Below are positions 38,401-45,835 of a stretch of DNA of 64,000 nucleotides, in pieces. The notes beneath the pieces were generated by a model, which worked only from the letters and a program-made list of their open reading frames with translations, was not told the DNA's origin and searched no databases. Location of the stretch: the NCBI GenBank assembly GCA_964588985.1, contig CAZPQW010000006.1:1-64000 (forward strand), in the 5' to 3' direction. A program made the translations under genes and the position numbers. Numbering within the stretch: the stretch's first letter is position 1; each line of letters begins with the position of its first letter. The DNA comes from an uncultured Solirubrobacteraceae bacterium (GTDB lineage: Bacteria; Actinomycetota; Thermoleophilia; Solirubrobacterales; Solirubrobacteraceae).

Positions 38401-38764
38401 GCTGCACGGCGAAACAAACATAAAATCGGGGGTCACCAGCTCGACCTTCCGCACGGTGCCCGACCAGCCCGTCAGCAGCTTCGAACTGACGCTGCCGCAG
38501 GGCAAGGACTCAGCTCTGGCAGCCTTCCTGCCAGCCAAGGACAAAGGCGACTTCTGCGGCCAGAAGCTCACGGCCCCGACCAACATCATCGGGCAGAACG
38601 GCCTCGAAATCCGTCAGAGCACACCGATCACGGTCACCGGATGCTCCGGTAAGGCGCAGAAGCTCGCGGCGGCGCTCAAAGCGTGCCGGAAGAAGGCGCG
38701 GGCCAAGCGTGGGTCATGCGCCAGGGCAGCCCGCAGGAGGTATGGCTCCTCGAAGAAGGGTTAG
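35468..38764 (+). CDS. Large secreted protein: DUF11-like Ig domain and four-fold Cys-repeat domain (C2)
   Basis: TGATG overlap with B2; YRVVVINTG..VTITDALPAG; long colinear similarity to C1 (LPSR.STLQKAC, LTGPAY.VSH); tail KLAAALKACRKK. Confidence 0.88.
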   Translation: MRVPARLMLAVAVAVAGFGVFCVPGALAVQAGAQWTVTAVSLPTNFPPNALTSGANEYRVVVINTGDTPSSGTVTITDALPAGVSLDPLGASGTEQISGAPLSCSGLECTYSEPVQPGDALQVTIPVDTGAAGVVENLVTVSGGAPEVSQTTPTVIGVPARFGVAPGSAHTTLSSLQAGAHADLTSTLAFSTINDEGILAGDPKDTTFNLPAGFAGDVVDVPACAVSYFAAHNECPIDTQVGSVTLFVEAGNNSGRISTSPVYNLAASPGAVAKLGFFAGRTLDIQGNVFVRPGANGLEHLETTFENIDESLAELDSVVLTIWGVPNDPAHNAVRGLNCLAAGNCFQVNGGIPDGLLTPFLTNPTSCSGAPLHSEFKVDSWQHPSEGPPPTLMQFGTLTGCEQLTMTPSLIVEPSNTSAYSPTGLKVGLEVPQTFENPYGLATSHLKDAVITLPEGMTLNPSAAAGLGSCTEAQVEAETAASLQDEGCPNASKIGTVHVKSPAISEEATGSVYVATPFANRFDSLLALYVVAKIPDRGIVVRLAGKVEPNPLTGQLTTTFDENPQLPFSDFTLSFNQGAGAPLVTPATCGEYTTSGEMSPWSEPSAFSLVSSVFSITSGIGGAPCPAGAAAFAPQLVAGTLNNVAGSYSPFDLHITRGDGEQEITGISAQLPPGLSANLTGVPFCPEADIALARTKTGAQEEVEPSCPAASQIGHSLAGAGVGSQLVYAPGKLYMAGPFEGAPFSIVSITSAKVGPYDLGTVVLHLPLQINPTTAIVTVGAGSADQIPHIIKGIVIHLRDIRVYVDRSNFTLNPTSCNPMSLTASVIGSGQSFTSSADDGAVSVSNHYQASDCANLAFKPSFKLSIPARASKVAGMGLTTKLTFPAGTQGTQANVRYVKVVLPRALPSRFSTLQKACLAGVFDANPAACPAGSVVGHARAVTPILPVPLTGPAYFVSHGGAKFPELVLVLQGYGVTIELHGETNIKSGVTSSTFRTVPDQPVSSFELTLPQGKDSALAAFLPAKDKGDFCGQKLTAPTNIIGQNGLEIRQSTPITVTGCSGKAQKLAAALKACRKKARAKRGSCARAARRRYGSSKKG

Positions 38765-38768
38765 CAAG

Positions 38769-38783
38769 CTAGCCGCGTTGCAT
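38769..38783 (-). pseudogene. Four-codon stub (MQRG-stop) of a probable mazF/pemK toxin gene
   Basis: TGATG overlap with the upstream gene's MazE-like C-terminus; MazF-family proteins often start M(R/Q)RG. Confidence 0.45.
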
Positions 38784-39601
38784 CAGGGAGCGAGACCGTC
38801 GTCTGTCGCGGGCTCCCACGACGTGGCATCGCCGGAGGACTCCCAGGCATCCCAAGCATCCTCGTAGGCGCCGCCCAGCTCTGTTGCTCGCAGATCGCGG
38901 ATCAGCAGTCTGTACGCCAGCTCGGCACGACGCATCGCGTCGGCGTTCTGCACACTGGGGGTCGATAGGCGCAGACGCTGCTCGGCGACACGCAGCCACC
39001 TACGCTCGCTCTTGCGTAGGGAGGTCGCCATCTCGCGAGGATCCTCGATGAGCGACAGCAGCCGCAGGAGATCCTCGCGCTGCGATTCCGGGTCGCTGTG
39101 GACCATCAGGGATCTGGCCTTGATGAGCACCGCCCCGAGCAATGTCGGCCTGCGCAGCTCGAACGAAGATCCCTCGACAGTCACGGTGACCACCTCCGAT
39201 CGAGCGAGGGCCTGAGAGCCGCCTGGCGCGCTGATGGCTTTGAGTCCGGACCGGAGAATCGGCGGCGGCTGGATGCCATCCGGCGCCAGTACGTCGACGA
39301 TCAGCCCGTCGCGCTCGTAACGATGGGCATAGCCGTCCAGGTCTGGCGCCACGAGCTCGAAGCCCGCGTCGCGGAGCCCCGCGTCGATGGCGGCAAGTGC
39401 ACCCTGAGGGCGCGCTTGACCGAGCACGTCGATGTCGCCGGTAATCCGCACGTTGCCGACGCCGTGCTCGAGGGCATGCAACTGCACCATCAGGCCACCG
39501 ATGAGCACCCACTCGGCCGGGAGTCGTCTGGAGAGCTCGCCGACGGCTGCCCATAGCTCCAGGGCCGCTCGATCGTCGATGGCAATGTCGATCTCACTCA
39601 T
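38783..39601 (-). CDS. AbiEii/MenT-like nucleotidyltransferase with MazE-like C-terminal extension
   Basis: WVLIGGLMVQLHA..RITGDIDV pol-beta NTase motif; coupled to the upstream HTH gene. Confidence 0.7.
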   Translation of the reverse strand: MSEIDIAIDDRAALELWAAVGELSRRLPAEWVLIGGLMVQLHALEHGVGNVRITGDIDVLGQARPQGALAAIDAGLRDAGFELVAPDLDGYAHRYERDGLIVDVLAPDGIQPPPILRSGLKAISAPGGSQALARSEVVTVTVEGSSFELRRPTLLGAVLIKARSLMVHSDPESQREDLLRLLSLIEDPREMATSLRKSERRWLRVAEQRLRLSTPSVQNADAMRRAELAYRLLIRDLRATELGGAYEDAWDAWESSGDATSWEPATDDGLAP

Positions 39602-40284
39602 GGCTCAAGAGCGCGCGCGGCCTCACGGCGCGCGCGCGGCTCGTCGCTCTCGAGCAGGTCCACCAGGATCGCGGCGTGCGGCGCGCGGTGACTACCACGG
39701 CTATCCAATCGCAGCCAGATGTCGTCGGACACCCAGCGGATGCGAACCGGCCCCGTCCCCGGCAAGAGAGCGTGCTCGTCGACGATGAGGTTGCGATGGC
39801 TGGCCGGCGCATACACCTCCACTTCCGATGTCGGGCCGAGGACACCCACCACGTCGCCGGCTGAGATGCCGGTGGCCAGCACGTCTGGCCGGCCGAGGAT
39901 TCGTCTCAGCTCCGACGGATGGACATCGAATTCCTCCATCTCAGCGCGGGCTCGAAGTCGCGGCGCATAGTCCCGCAAGGGGTGCTCACGCAACCAGGCG
40001 CGCATACGTTGGGAGTAGCGCTCCCGGCCGGCCATCTCCTCGGCCGCGGTGTCCTCCCCGGATGCCAGCAGGAGGACAGCCCAAGCCATCGCCTGTGACA
40101 GGGGCCGTCCGCCACCGGGTCGCTGTCGGGCCAGTCGTTCCACGGCCCGCTCGTCCAGCCACCAGCTGCGCCCGCGCTTGACTGCGGGCAGGCGTCCCGA
40201 GGCGATGTGCTGGCGCACAGCGACCGGGCCGACTCCGAGCCGGTCGGCGGCCTCACGGACGCTGAGGAGCGAAGGATCAGGCAC
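39598..40284 (-). CDS. Excisionase-type HTH protein, AbiEi-like putative antitoxin
   Basis: LLSVREAADRLGV..VRQHIASGRLPAVKRGRSW; C-terminal ILVDLLE; leaderless GTG 6 nt after TAGGAT; ATGA overlap with the NTase. Confidence 0.72.
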   Translation of the reverse strand: MPDPSLLSVREAADRLGVGPVAVRQHIASGRLPAVKRGRSWWLDERAVERLARQRPGGGRPLSQAMAWAVLLLASGEDTAAEEMAGRERYSQRMRAWLREHPLRDYAPRLRARAEMEEFDVHPSELRRILGRPDVLATGISAGDVVGVLGPTSEVEVYAPASHRNLIVDEHALLPGTGPVRIRWVSDDIWLRLDSRGSHRAPHAAILVDLLESDEPRARREAARALEP

Positions 40285-40413
40285 GACAGAATCCTATCGC
40301 TAGCGCAGTGGTTCTGTCCACGTCATCGTTACGCTGCATACGCCGCGATCTGCTCACACGACATAGCGGGCTCCAATCGTCAGTCATGAGATGAGGAACA
40401 CTGCGACGAATTG

Positions 40414-40453
40414 CTTGACCGACAACGTTGAATATGTTGAACTTATGAGTGCA
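40414..40453 (+). promoter_or_regulatory. Conserved upstream motif of A3
   Basis: CTTGAC-N12-ATATGTTGAACTT, same spacing as at 31093. Confidence 0.6.
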
Positions 40454-40507
40454 ATGTTAATCAGTCGATCTATAGGCTGAGCAGGCAAACTCTATTAGGA
40501 GCAGAAA

Positions 40508-41149
40508 GTGAAACAGATAAGAAGTCTGGGGCTCATGGTTGTGGTGGTTTTCGCGATGCCCGCGGCAGCGTCTTCGACAGCTTCCGCTTTGGAATGGTTA
40601 GACAACGGGCATCCAATCACGAACCCGGTATTAGTCTTAGCGAAAACTATCGGGCAGCTCGAGCTAGCCGATTTAGCCGCTACGGGTGGTGCGGTGGTGC
40701 TCCTTTGCGAAGGTAGGGGTCATGGGACGGTGGGTCCGGGGGCCAACGACACGATCAAATCGATCGAGGTGACGAGTTGTAGTTTCGAAGCCGGGAAAAA
40801 CGGGTCTTGCGAAGCCAGTAAATCGGTTACCGGTAGCGCGCTGAATCTGCCGTGGGCCACGCGACTATTAACGGTCGGCGGCGTTACCCATGACATGATC
40901 GAAAACTCAGGTGTTGGAGTTCCCGGCTGGAGGTTCGAATGCGCCGTGGCTGGAATCTTCAAAGTTCAAGATGAATGCCATTCGGAAGCGAGAGATCCGC
41001 GGATAGATAATAACGCTTTCGACGTAACAGCCTTATTCGAAGCGTCCGAAACGGGAAGCTGTAGTCTCGGGACTAGCACCTCTGGCATGCTTGTGGGCTC
41101 GATCTTAATCTTCTCTAGCGGGCCGTTAAAAATCTCAGTCAGTCCCTAG
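40508..41149 (+). CDS. Small secreted 6-Cys protein, orphan paralog of A2 (A3)
   Basis: Shares EWLDNG.PITNP, DLAATGGA, AGKNGSCEASK, NLPWATRLLTV, VAGIFKVQD.C and ALFEASET with A2. Confidence 0.88.
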   Translation: MKQIRSLGLMVVVVFAMPAAASSTASALEWLDNGHPITNPVLVLAKTIGQLELADLAATGGAVVLLCEGRGHGTVGPGANDTIKSIEVTSCSFEAGKNGSCEASKSVTGSALNLPWATRLLTVGGVTHDMIENSGVGVPGWRFECAVAGIFKVQDECHSEARDPRIDNNAFDVTALFEASETGSCSLGTSTSGMLVGSILIFSSGPLKISVSP

Positions 41150-41162
41150 GCGGCTCGAATGC

Positions 41163-42230
41163 TTAGTTCGTAGTCACACTGCTGTGGGTCGCTATACCTA
41201 AGCGACCCACAGCACCACTCCCGAGTCCACCTGGGCCAGTCTGCGCCGCCAACTGCCCACAAGCCGCGGCAATATCCCTTCCCCGAGTCAACCGCACCGT
41301 CGCGGGTATGCCGTTCGCTTCGAGCGTCGTCCGGAACGCCGCGATCGACTCCCGGCTGGACCCCTCGAACTCCGAATCGGTGGGGTTATACGGGATCAGG
41401 TTGACCTTGAAGATCGACTGCTCCTCGTCCCGCCGTTTCAAAGCCCTCGTCAGCGCCACCGCCTGCTCGTAACGGTCGTTGACACCAGCGAGCATCACGT
41501 ACTCCACGAACACCCGCCTGCGCTTGCGCGCATAGAAAGCCCTACACGCCTCGATCACGTCCGCGAGCGGGTAGCGGTCGTTCACCGGCATCAGCTCCGA
41601 TCGCAGAGCTTCCTCGGCCGCGTGCAGCGACAGCGCCAGCCGTATCGGCATCTCGGACTCGGTCAGTCGTTCGATGCCGGGGATCCAGCCGACCGTGGAG
41701 ATCGTGGTGCGGCGGTGCGTGACGCCGATCTCAGGCAGCCGCTCGCATGCCTCCAGCACGTTGTCGAGGTTCAGCATCGGCTCGCCCATGCCCATGAACA
41801 CGCAGTGGTCGATCGCTTCGGTGCGGCGGAAGTGAAGCGCCTGCTCGAGGATCTCCGAGGCGGTGAGGTTGCGCGCGAACTTCATCTTGCCCGTCGCGCA
41901 GAACCTGCACGTCAGCGGACAGCCGGACTGCGAGGAGACGCAGATAGAGCGCCGCCCGTCGCGGAAGCGCATCAGCACCGCCTCCAGCGGCCGCCCGTCT
42001 GGCGTCGCGAACAGAGCCTTGACGGTGCCGTCGTCGGAGTGCGCTTCCTCGCGGAGCTGCAGCGCGCTGAACGGGAGCTCGCGCTGCAGCGTCTCGCGCA
42101 GTGCGGCAGGGATATTCGTCATCTCCTCATAGCCGTTCGCCCCGCGCGTCGCCCACGCCCAGATCTGGCGGGCGCGAAAGGCCGGCTCTCCGCGGTCGGC
42201 GAGGGTCTGGTCGAGCAGCTTCAGATCCAT
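41163..42230 (-). CDS. rlmN: 23S rRNA m2A2503 radical SAM methyltransferase
   Basis: CVSSQSGCPLTCRFCATG, FMGMGEP, SLHA, NLIPYNP, DIAAACGQL. Confidence 0.95.
   Translation of the reverse strand: MDLKLLDQTLADRGEPAFRARQIWAWATRGANGYEEMTNIPAALRETLQRELPFSALQLREEAHSDDGTVKALFATPDGRPLEAVLMRFRDGRRSICVSSQSGCPLTCRFCATGKMKFARNLTASEILEQALHFRRTEAIDHCVFMGMGEPMLNLDNVLEACERLPEIGVTHRRTTISTVGWIPGIERLTESEMPIRLALSLHAAEEALRSELMPVNDRYPLADVIEACRAFYARKRRRVFVEYVMLAGVNDRYEQAVALTRALKRRDEEQSIFKVNLIPYNPTDSEFEGSSRESIAAFRTTLEANGIPATVRLTRGRDIAAACGQLAAQTGPGGLGSGAVGRLGIATHSSVTTN
41180..41214. terminator. 14-bp perfect inverted repeat between converging transcripts, inside the rlmN 3' extension
   Basis: TGCTGTGGGTCGCT-ATACCTA-AGCGACCCACAGCA. 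Confidence 0.5.
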
Positions 42231-42250
42231 GGGGCCTATGGTGGCAGCAC

Positions 42251-42946
42251 ATGCGCCTCGCCAAGTACCTCGCCCACGCCGGCGTCGCCTCCCGGCGCGC
42301 CGCCGAGACGCTGATAGCGGACGGTCGAGTGAGCGTGGACGGGGCGCTCGTTACCGATCCCGCGCACGACGTCGGTGAGGACGCGCGCGTCGCACTCGAC
42401 GGGCGCCCGGTCGAAGGCGCCGAGCCCCGGGTGCTCTACGCCCTGCACAAGCCCGTCGGGGTGGTGTCCACCGCGCGCGACACGCACGGGCGCAAGACCG
42501 TGCTCGACCTCGTACCCGCGCGCGGGCTGCGCCTCTACCCGGTGGGGCGTCTCGACGCTGACAGCAGCGGCCTGATCCTGCTCACCAACGACGGCGAGCT
42601 CGCCAACCGCCTCACGCACCCGCGCTTCGAGGTCCCCAAGACCTACCGCGCGAAACTCGCAGGGCCGCCCGTCACCGACAGGGCTCTCCGTTCGCTGCGG
42701 GCAGGCGTGCAGCTCGAGGACGGCGTCACCGCGCCCGCGCGCGCACGACGCGTCAGCGAGCACGTGATCGAGCTGACGATCCACGAGGGGCGAAACCGCC
42801 AGGTGCGGCGCATGTGCAAGGCCGTCGGGCACTCCGTCGTCGAGCTCACCCGGATCGCCTTCGGCCCGCTGGAGCTGGGGGAGCTGAAGCCCGGCGCGCA
42901 CCGGCGCCTGAGCGAGGGGGAGCTGCAGCGGCTGCGCGACCTGTAG
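42251..42946 (+). CDS. rluB: rRNA pseudouridine synthase RluB/RsuA family
   Basis: MRLAKYLAHAGVASRR S4 domain, YPVGRLD..SSGLILLTNDG, EGRNRQVRRM. Confidence 0.9.
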   Translation: MRLAKYLAHAGVASRRAAETLIADGRVSVDGALVTDPAHDVGEDARVALDGRPVEGAEPRVLYALHKPVGVVSTARDTHGRKTVLDLVPARGLRLYPVGRLDADSSGLILLTNDGELANRLTHPRFEVPKTYRAKLAGPPVTDRALRSLRAGVQLEDGVTAPARARRVSEHVIELTIHEGRNRQVRRMCKAVGHSVVELTRIAFGPLELGELKPGAHRRLSEGELQRLRDL

Positions 42947-42988
42947 CTGTGACGCCTGTTTTTAGGGGTTCTGCCACAATCGCCGCCA

Positions 42989-43354
42989 ATGCGACTCTTC
43001 GCCCTGCGGGGGGCCATCAGCGTTGAGCGCAACGACGCGCAGGACATCCTCGGCGCCACCACCGAGCTGATGCAGACGATCATGGATCGCAACGCGCTCT
43101 CGCCCGCAAACGTCGTCAGCTGCATCTTCACCGCCACCCGCGACCTCAACGCCGAGTTCCCCGCGGTCGCCGCGCGCGCCCTCGGCTTCGAGCTCGTGCC
43201 GCTGCTGTGCGCCCAGGAGATACCCGTGCCGCGCTCGATGCCGCGCGTCATCAGGGTCCTGATCCACTACCACGCCCCCGAGCACCACATCCCCGCGCAC
43301 GTGTACCTCGGCGACGCGCGAGAGCTGCGCGCGGACCTGCACGCGGCACAATAG
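42989..43354 (+). CDS. aroH: Chorismate mutase, AroH class
   Basis: LRGAI, FTATRDLNAEFPA.AAR, HVYL..A..LR.DL. Confidence 0.92.
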   Translation: MRLFALRGAISVERNDAQDILGATTELMQTIMDRNALSPANVVSCIFTATRDLNAEFPAVAARALGFELVPLLCAQEIPVPRSMPRVIRVLIHYHAPEHHIPAHVYLGDARELRADLHAAQ

Positions 43355-43358
43355 GCGC

Positions 43359-44441
43359 GTGGCGATCGAGTTCTCACAGCGCATCCGGCGCATCCCCACC
43401 TACCCCGCCGCGGGCGGCTACGCCCAGCAGGAGCCGCTCGTTCGGCTTGCCTCCAACGAGGCGCCGTTCCCGCCGCTGCCCGAGGTGCGCGCCGCGATCG
43501 ACCGTGCGATGGGCACGCTCAACCGCTACCCCGACCCCTCCAACTCGCTGCTGCGCACGCGCATCGGCGAGCGCTACGGCCTGCCCAGCTCGCGGATCGC
43601 GATCGGCAACGGCTCCTGCGACATCCTGCTCGCCGCCGGCGAGGCGCTGCTCGAGCCCGGCGCGGAGATCGTCTACGCGTGGCCGTCGTTCTCCGTCTAC
43701 CCGCACCTCGCCGCCGCCTCCGGCGCGCGCGCGATCACCGTCCCGCTCGACGCCGATGAGCGCCACGACCTGCCCGCGATGCTCCGCGAGATCACCGTCG
43801 CGACGCGCCTCGTGATCGTTTGCAACCCCAACAACCCCACTAGCACCGCCCTGCCGCTCGCGGAGATCGCGGAGTTCGTCGCGGAGGTTCCGCCGCACGT
43901 GTGCGTGATCGTCGACGAGGCCTACTGCGAGTTCAACCTGCTCGACGACCCGGACGCGTCGATCGACCTGCTCGCCGCGCACCCCAACCTCGCGCTGCTG
44001 CGCACCTTCTCCAAGGTCCACGGGCTGTGCGGGCTGCGCGTCGGCTTCGCGCTATGCGGATCGGAGGAACTGCCGCGCGCCCTCGACCAGGTACGCCAGC
44101 CGTTCTTCTGCAACGCGCTTGCCCAGGCCGCCGCCGTCGAGGCGCTCGCACACCAGGACACGGTGATCGACCGCGTCACGCGCACCGTCGCCGAGCGCAT
44201 CTCCGTCGACGAGCGCCTGCAGGCGCTCGGGCTCACCGCCGCCGAGTCACAGGCGAACTTCTGTTGGGTGCACCTCGGAGACGATCGCGACGAGGCGCAG
44301 ATCATGCGAGGCCTGCAGGAACGCGGCGTGCTAGTGCGCGCCGGCGCGGCGCTCGGCAGCGACACGCCCGCGCTGCGCGTCACCTACGGGCTGCCCGAGG
44401 AGAACAGGCGCTTCCTCGACGCGCTCGCCGAAGTCCTCTGA
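43359..44441 (+). CDS. hisC: Histidinol-phosphate/aromatic aminotransferase
   Basis: LASNE, NRYPD, GNGS, CNPNNPT, DEAY, RTFSK..GL.GLRVG. Confidence 0.9.
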   Translation: MAIEFSQRIRRIPTYPAAGGYAQQEPLVRLASNEAPFPPLPEVRAAIDRAMGTLNRYPDPSNSLLRTRIGERYGLPSSRIAIGNGSCDILLAAGEALLEPGAEIVYAWPSFSVYPHLAAASGARAITVPLDADERHDLPAMLREITVATRLVIVCNPNNPTSTALPLAEIAEFVAEVPPHVCVIVDEAYCEFNLLDDPDASIDLLAAHPNLALLRTFSKVHGLCGLRVGFALCGSEELPRALDQVRQPFFCNALAQAAAVEALAHQDTVIDRVTRTVAERISVDERLQALGLTAAESQANFCWVHLGDDRDEAQIMRGLQERGVLVRAGAALGSDTPALRVTYGLPEENRRFLDALAEVL

Positions 44442-44508
44442 GCGTTATCGCCGTCTCTCATTCCTTTACCGCGGCGCGATTGTCTGCTACAACGCACTGA
44501 GGACGACC

Positions 44509-44592
44509 ATGAACACTTCGGCTCCCGCAACCTCACGCCCCACCCTCGCGTATGCCGCCTGGTCGCTCCGTCACGCCTGGCGATTTAGCTAG
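44509..44592 (+). CDS. Aromatic amino-acid attenuation leader peptide (MNTSAPATSRPTLAYAAWSLRHAWRFS)
   Basis: GAGG RBS; 27 codons with Y, W, W, F clustered at the 3' end; directly upstream of DAHP synthase. Confidence 0.75.
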   Translation: MNTSAPATSRPTLAYAAWSLRHAWRFS

Positions 44593-44775
44593 GCGCTTCG
44601 GCCCGCACCCGTTCGTGAGCGGATGCAGATGGGTCGCAGGGGTCCCGTCGGGGACCGAGCGCCACTCACGCGGGTGCGATTTGCGCCCTCCCTCACGGAG
44701 CCGGACGAGCGTCAGCTGAAGCGCGGATGCTCGGCACCTCTAACATCCCCCAGGCGTCAGTGAAAGGATGAATCG
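44593..44775 (+). promoter_or_regulatory. Structured leader RNA with alternative pairings near the aroF RBS
   Basis: GCGCTTCGG/CTGAAGCGC, CGCACCCG..CGTGAG/CTCACGCGGGTGCG and GGTCCC/GGGACC stems; CATCC (44744) can pair with GGATG at 44725 or at 44766 (RBS). Confidence 0.6.
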
Positions 44776-45810
44776 ATGATGATCGTCATGAAAGAGACCG
44801 CGACCGAGGAAGAGGTCGCCGCGGTCGTAGCCAAGATCGAGCGAGCCGGCGCGCGGGCGCACCGCAGCTCCGGCGCCCGCGTGACCGTGATCGGGGCGAT
44901 CGGCGACGTGGAGCAGGACGCGAACATCGAGAGCCTCGGCCTCGAGGGCCAGCCCGGCGTGGACAGGGTCGTGCCGATCCTCAAGCCCTACAAGCTCGCC
45001 TCCGCGCAGATCACCCACGGCGAGCGCACCGTGCTCGACATCGACGGACGCAAGGTGGGTGGAGAGAACTTCGCGCTGATCGCCGGGCCGTGCACGGTCG
45101 AGTCGCGCGATCAGATGCTCACCACCGCGCGGGTAGTGCGCGACGCCGGCGCGACGCTGCTTCGCGGCGGCGCCTACAAGCCGCGCACCTCTCCCTACGC
45201 CTTCCAGGGGCTCGGGCAGGAGGGGCTGCGGCTGCTCGCGGAGGCCAAGGCAGAGACAGGCCTGCCGATCGTCACGGAGCTGATGGACATCTCCGACCTC
45301 GACGCGGTGCTCGAGGTCGCCGACGTGATCCAGATCGGTGCGCGCAACATGCAGAACTACCCGCTGCTCGCCGAGATCGGCCGCTCCGGGCGCCCCGCGC
45401 TGCTCAAGCGCGGGCTGTCCGCCACACTCGACGAGCTGCTGATGGCCGCCGAGTACATCCTCAAGGAAGGCAACCCCAACGTGATGCTCTGCGAGCGGGG
45501 GATCCGCACGTTCGAGACCGCGTACCGCTTCACGCTCGACCTGATGGCGGTTCCCGTGTTGAAGGAGCTCACGCACCTGCCGATCATCGTCGACCCCAGC
45601 CACGCCGCCGGCCGGCGCGACCTCGTCGGCCCGCTGTCGCTCGCCGCTGCCGCCGTGGGCGCCGACGGGATAATCGTCGAGGTGCACCCCAACCCCGACG
45701 AGGCGATCTGCGACGGTCCCCAGGCGCTGAGGGCGGACGGCTTCGCGGAGTACGCGCAGACGGTCGAGCGCGCCGCCGCATTGGCTGGCAAGGCGCTCAG
45801 CGCCGTCTGA
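44776..45810 (+). CDS. aroF: DAHP synthase type I-beta with N-terminal regulatory domain
   Basis: [49 protein letters not shown]. Confidence 0.95.
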   Translation: MMIVMKETATEEEVAAVVAKIERAGARAHRSSGARVTVIGAIGDVEQDANIESLGLEGQPGVDRVVPILKPYKLASAQITHGERTVLDIDGRKVGGENFALIAGPCTVESRDQMLTTARVVRDAGATLLRGGAYKPRTSPYAFQGLGQEGLRLLAEAKAETGLPIVTELMDISDLDAVLEVADVIQIGARNMQNYPLLAEIGRSGRPALLKRGLSATLDELLMAAEYILKEGNPNVMLCERGIRTFETAYRFTLDLMAVPVLKELTHLPIIVDPSHAAGRRDLVGPLSLAAAAVGADGIIVEVHPNPDEAICDGPQALRADGFAEYAQTVERAAALAGKALSAV

Positions 45811-45835
45811 TGGGGCGCAGCACAGAAAGAGCTCG

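Noticed and set aside
39598-40284. Prophage/ICE excisionase marking an integrated element
   Set aside because: No integrase, att-tRNA or phage genes; the HTH is fused to a larger domain and paired with an NTase.
15452-41149. Sortase pilus, type IV/Tad pilus, curli or DGR-diversified adhesin
   Set aside because: No LPxTG or sortase, prepilin site, curlin repeats, reverse transcriptase or adenine-specific TR/VR pair was seen.
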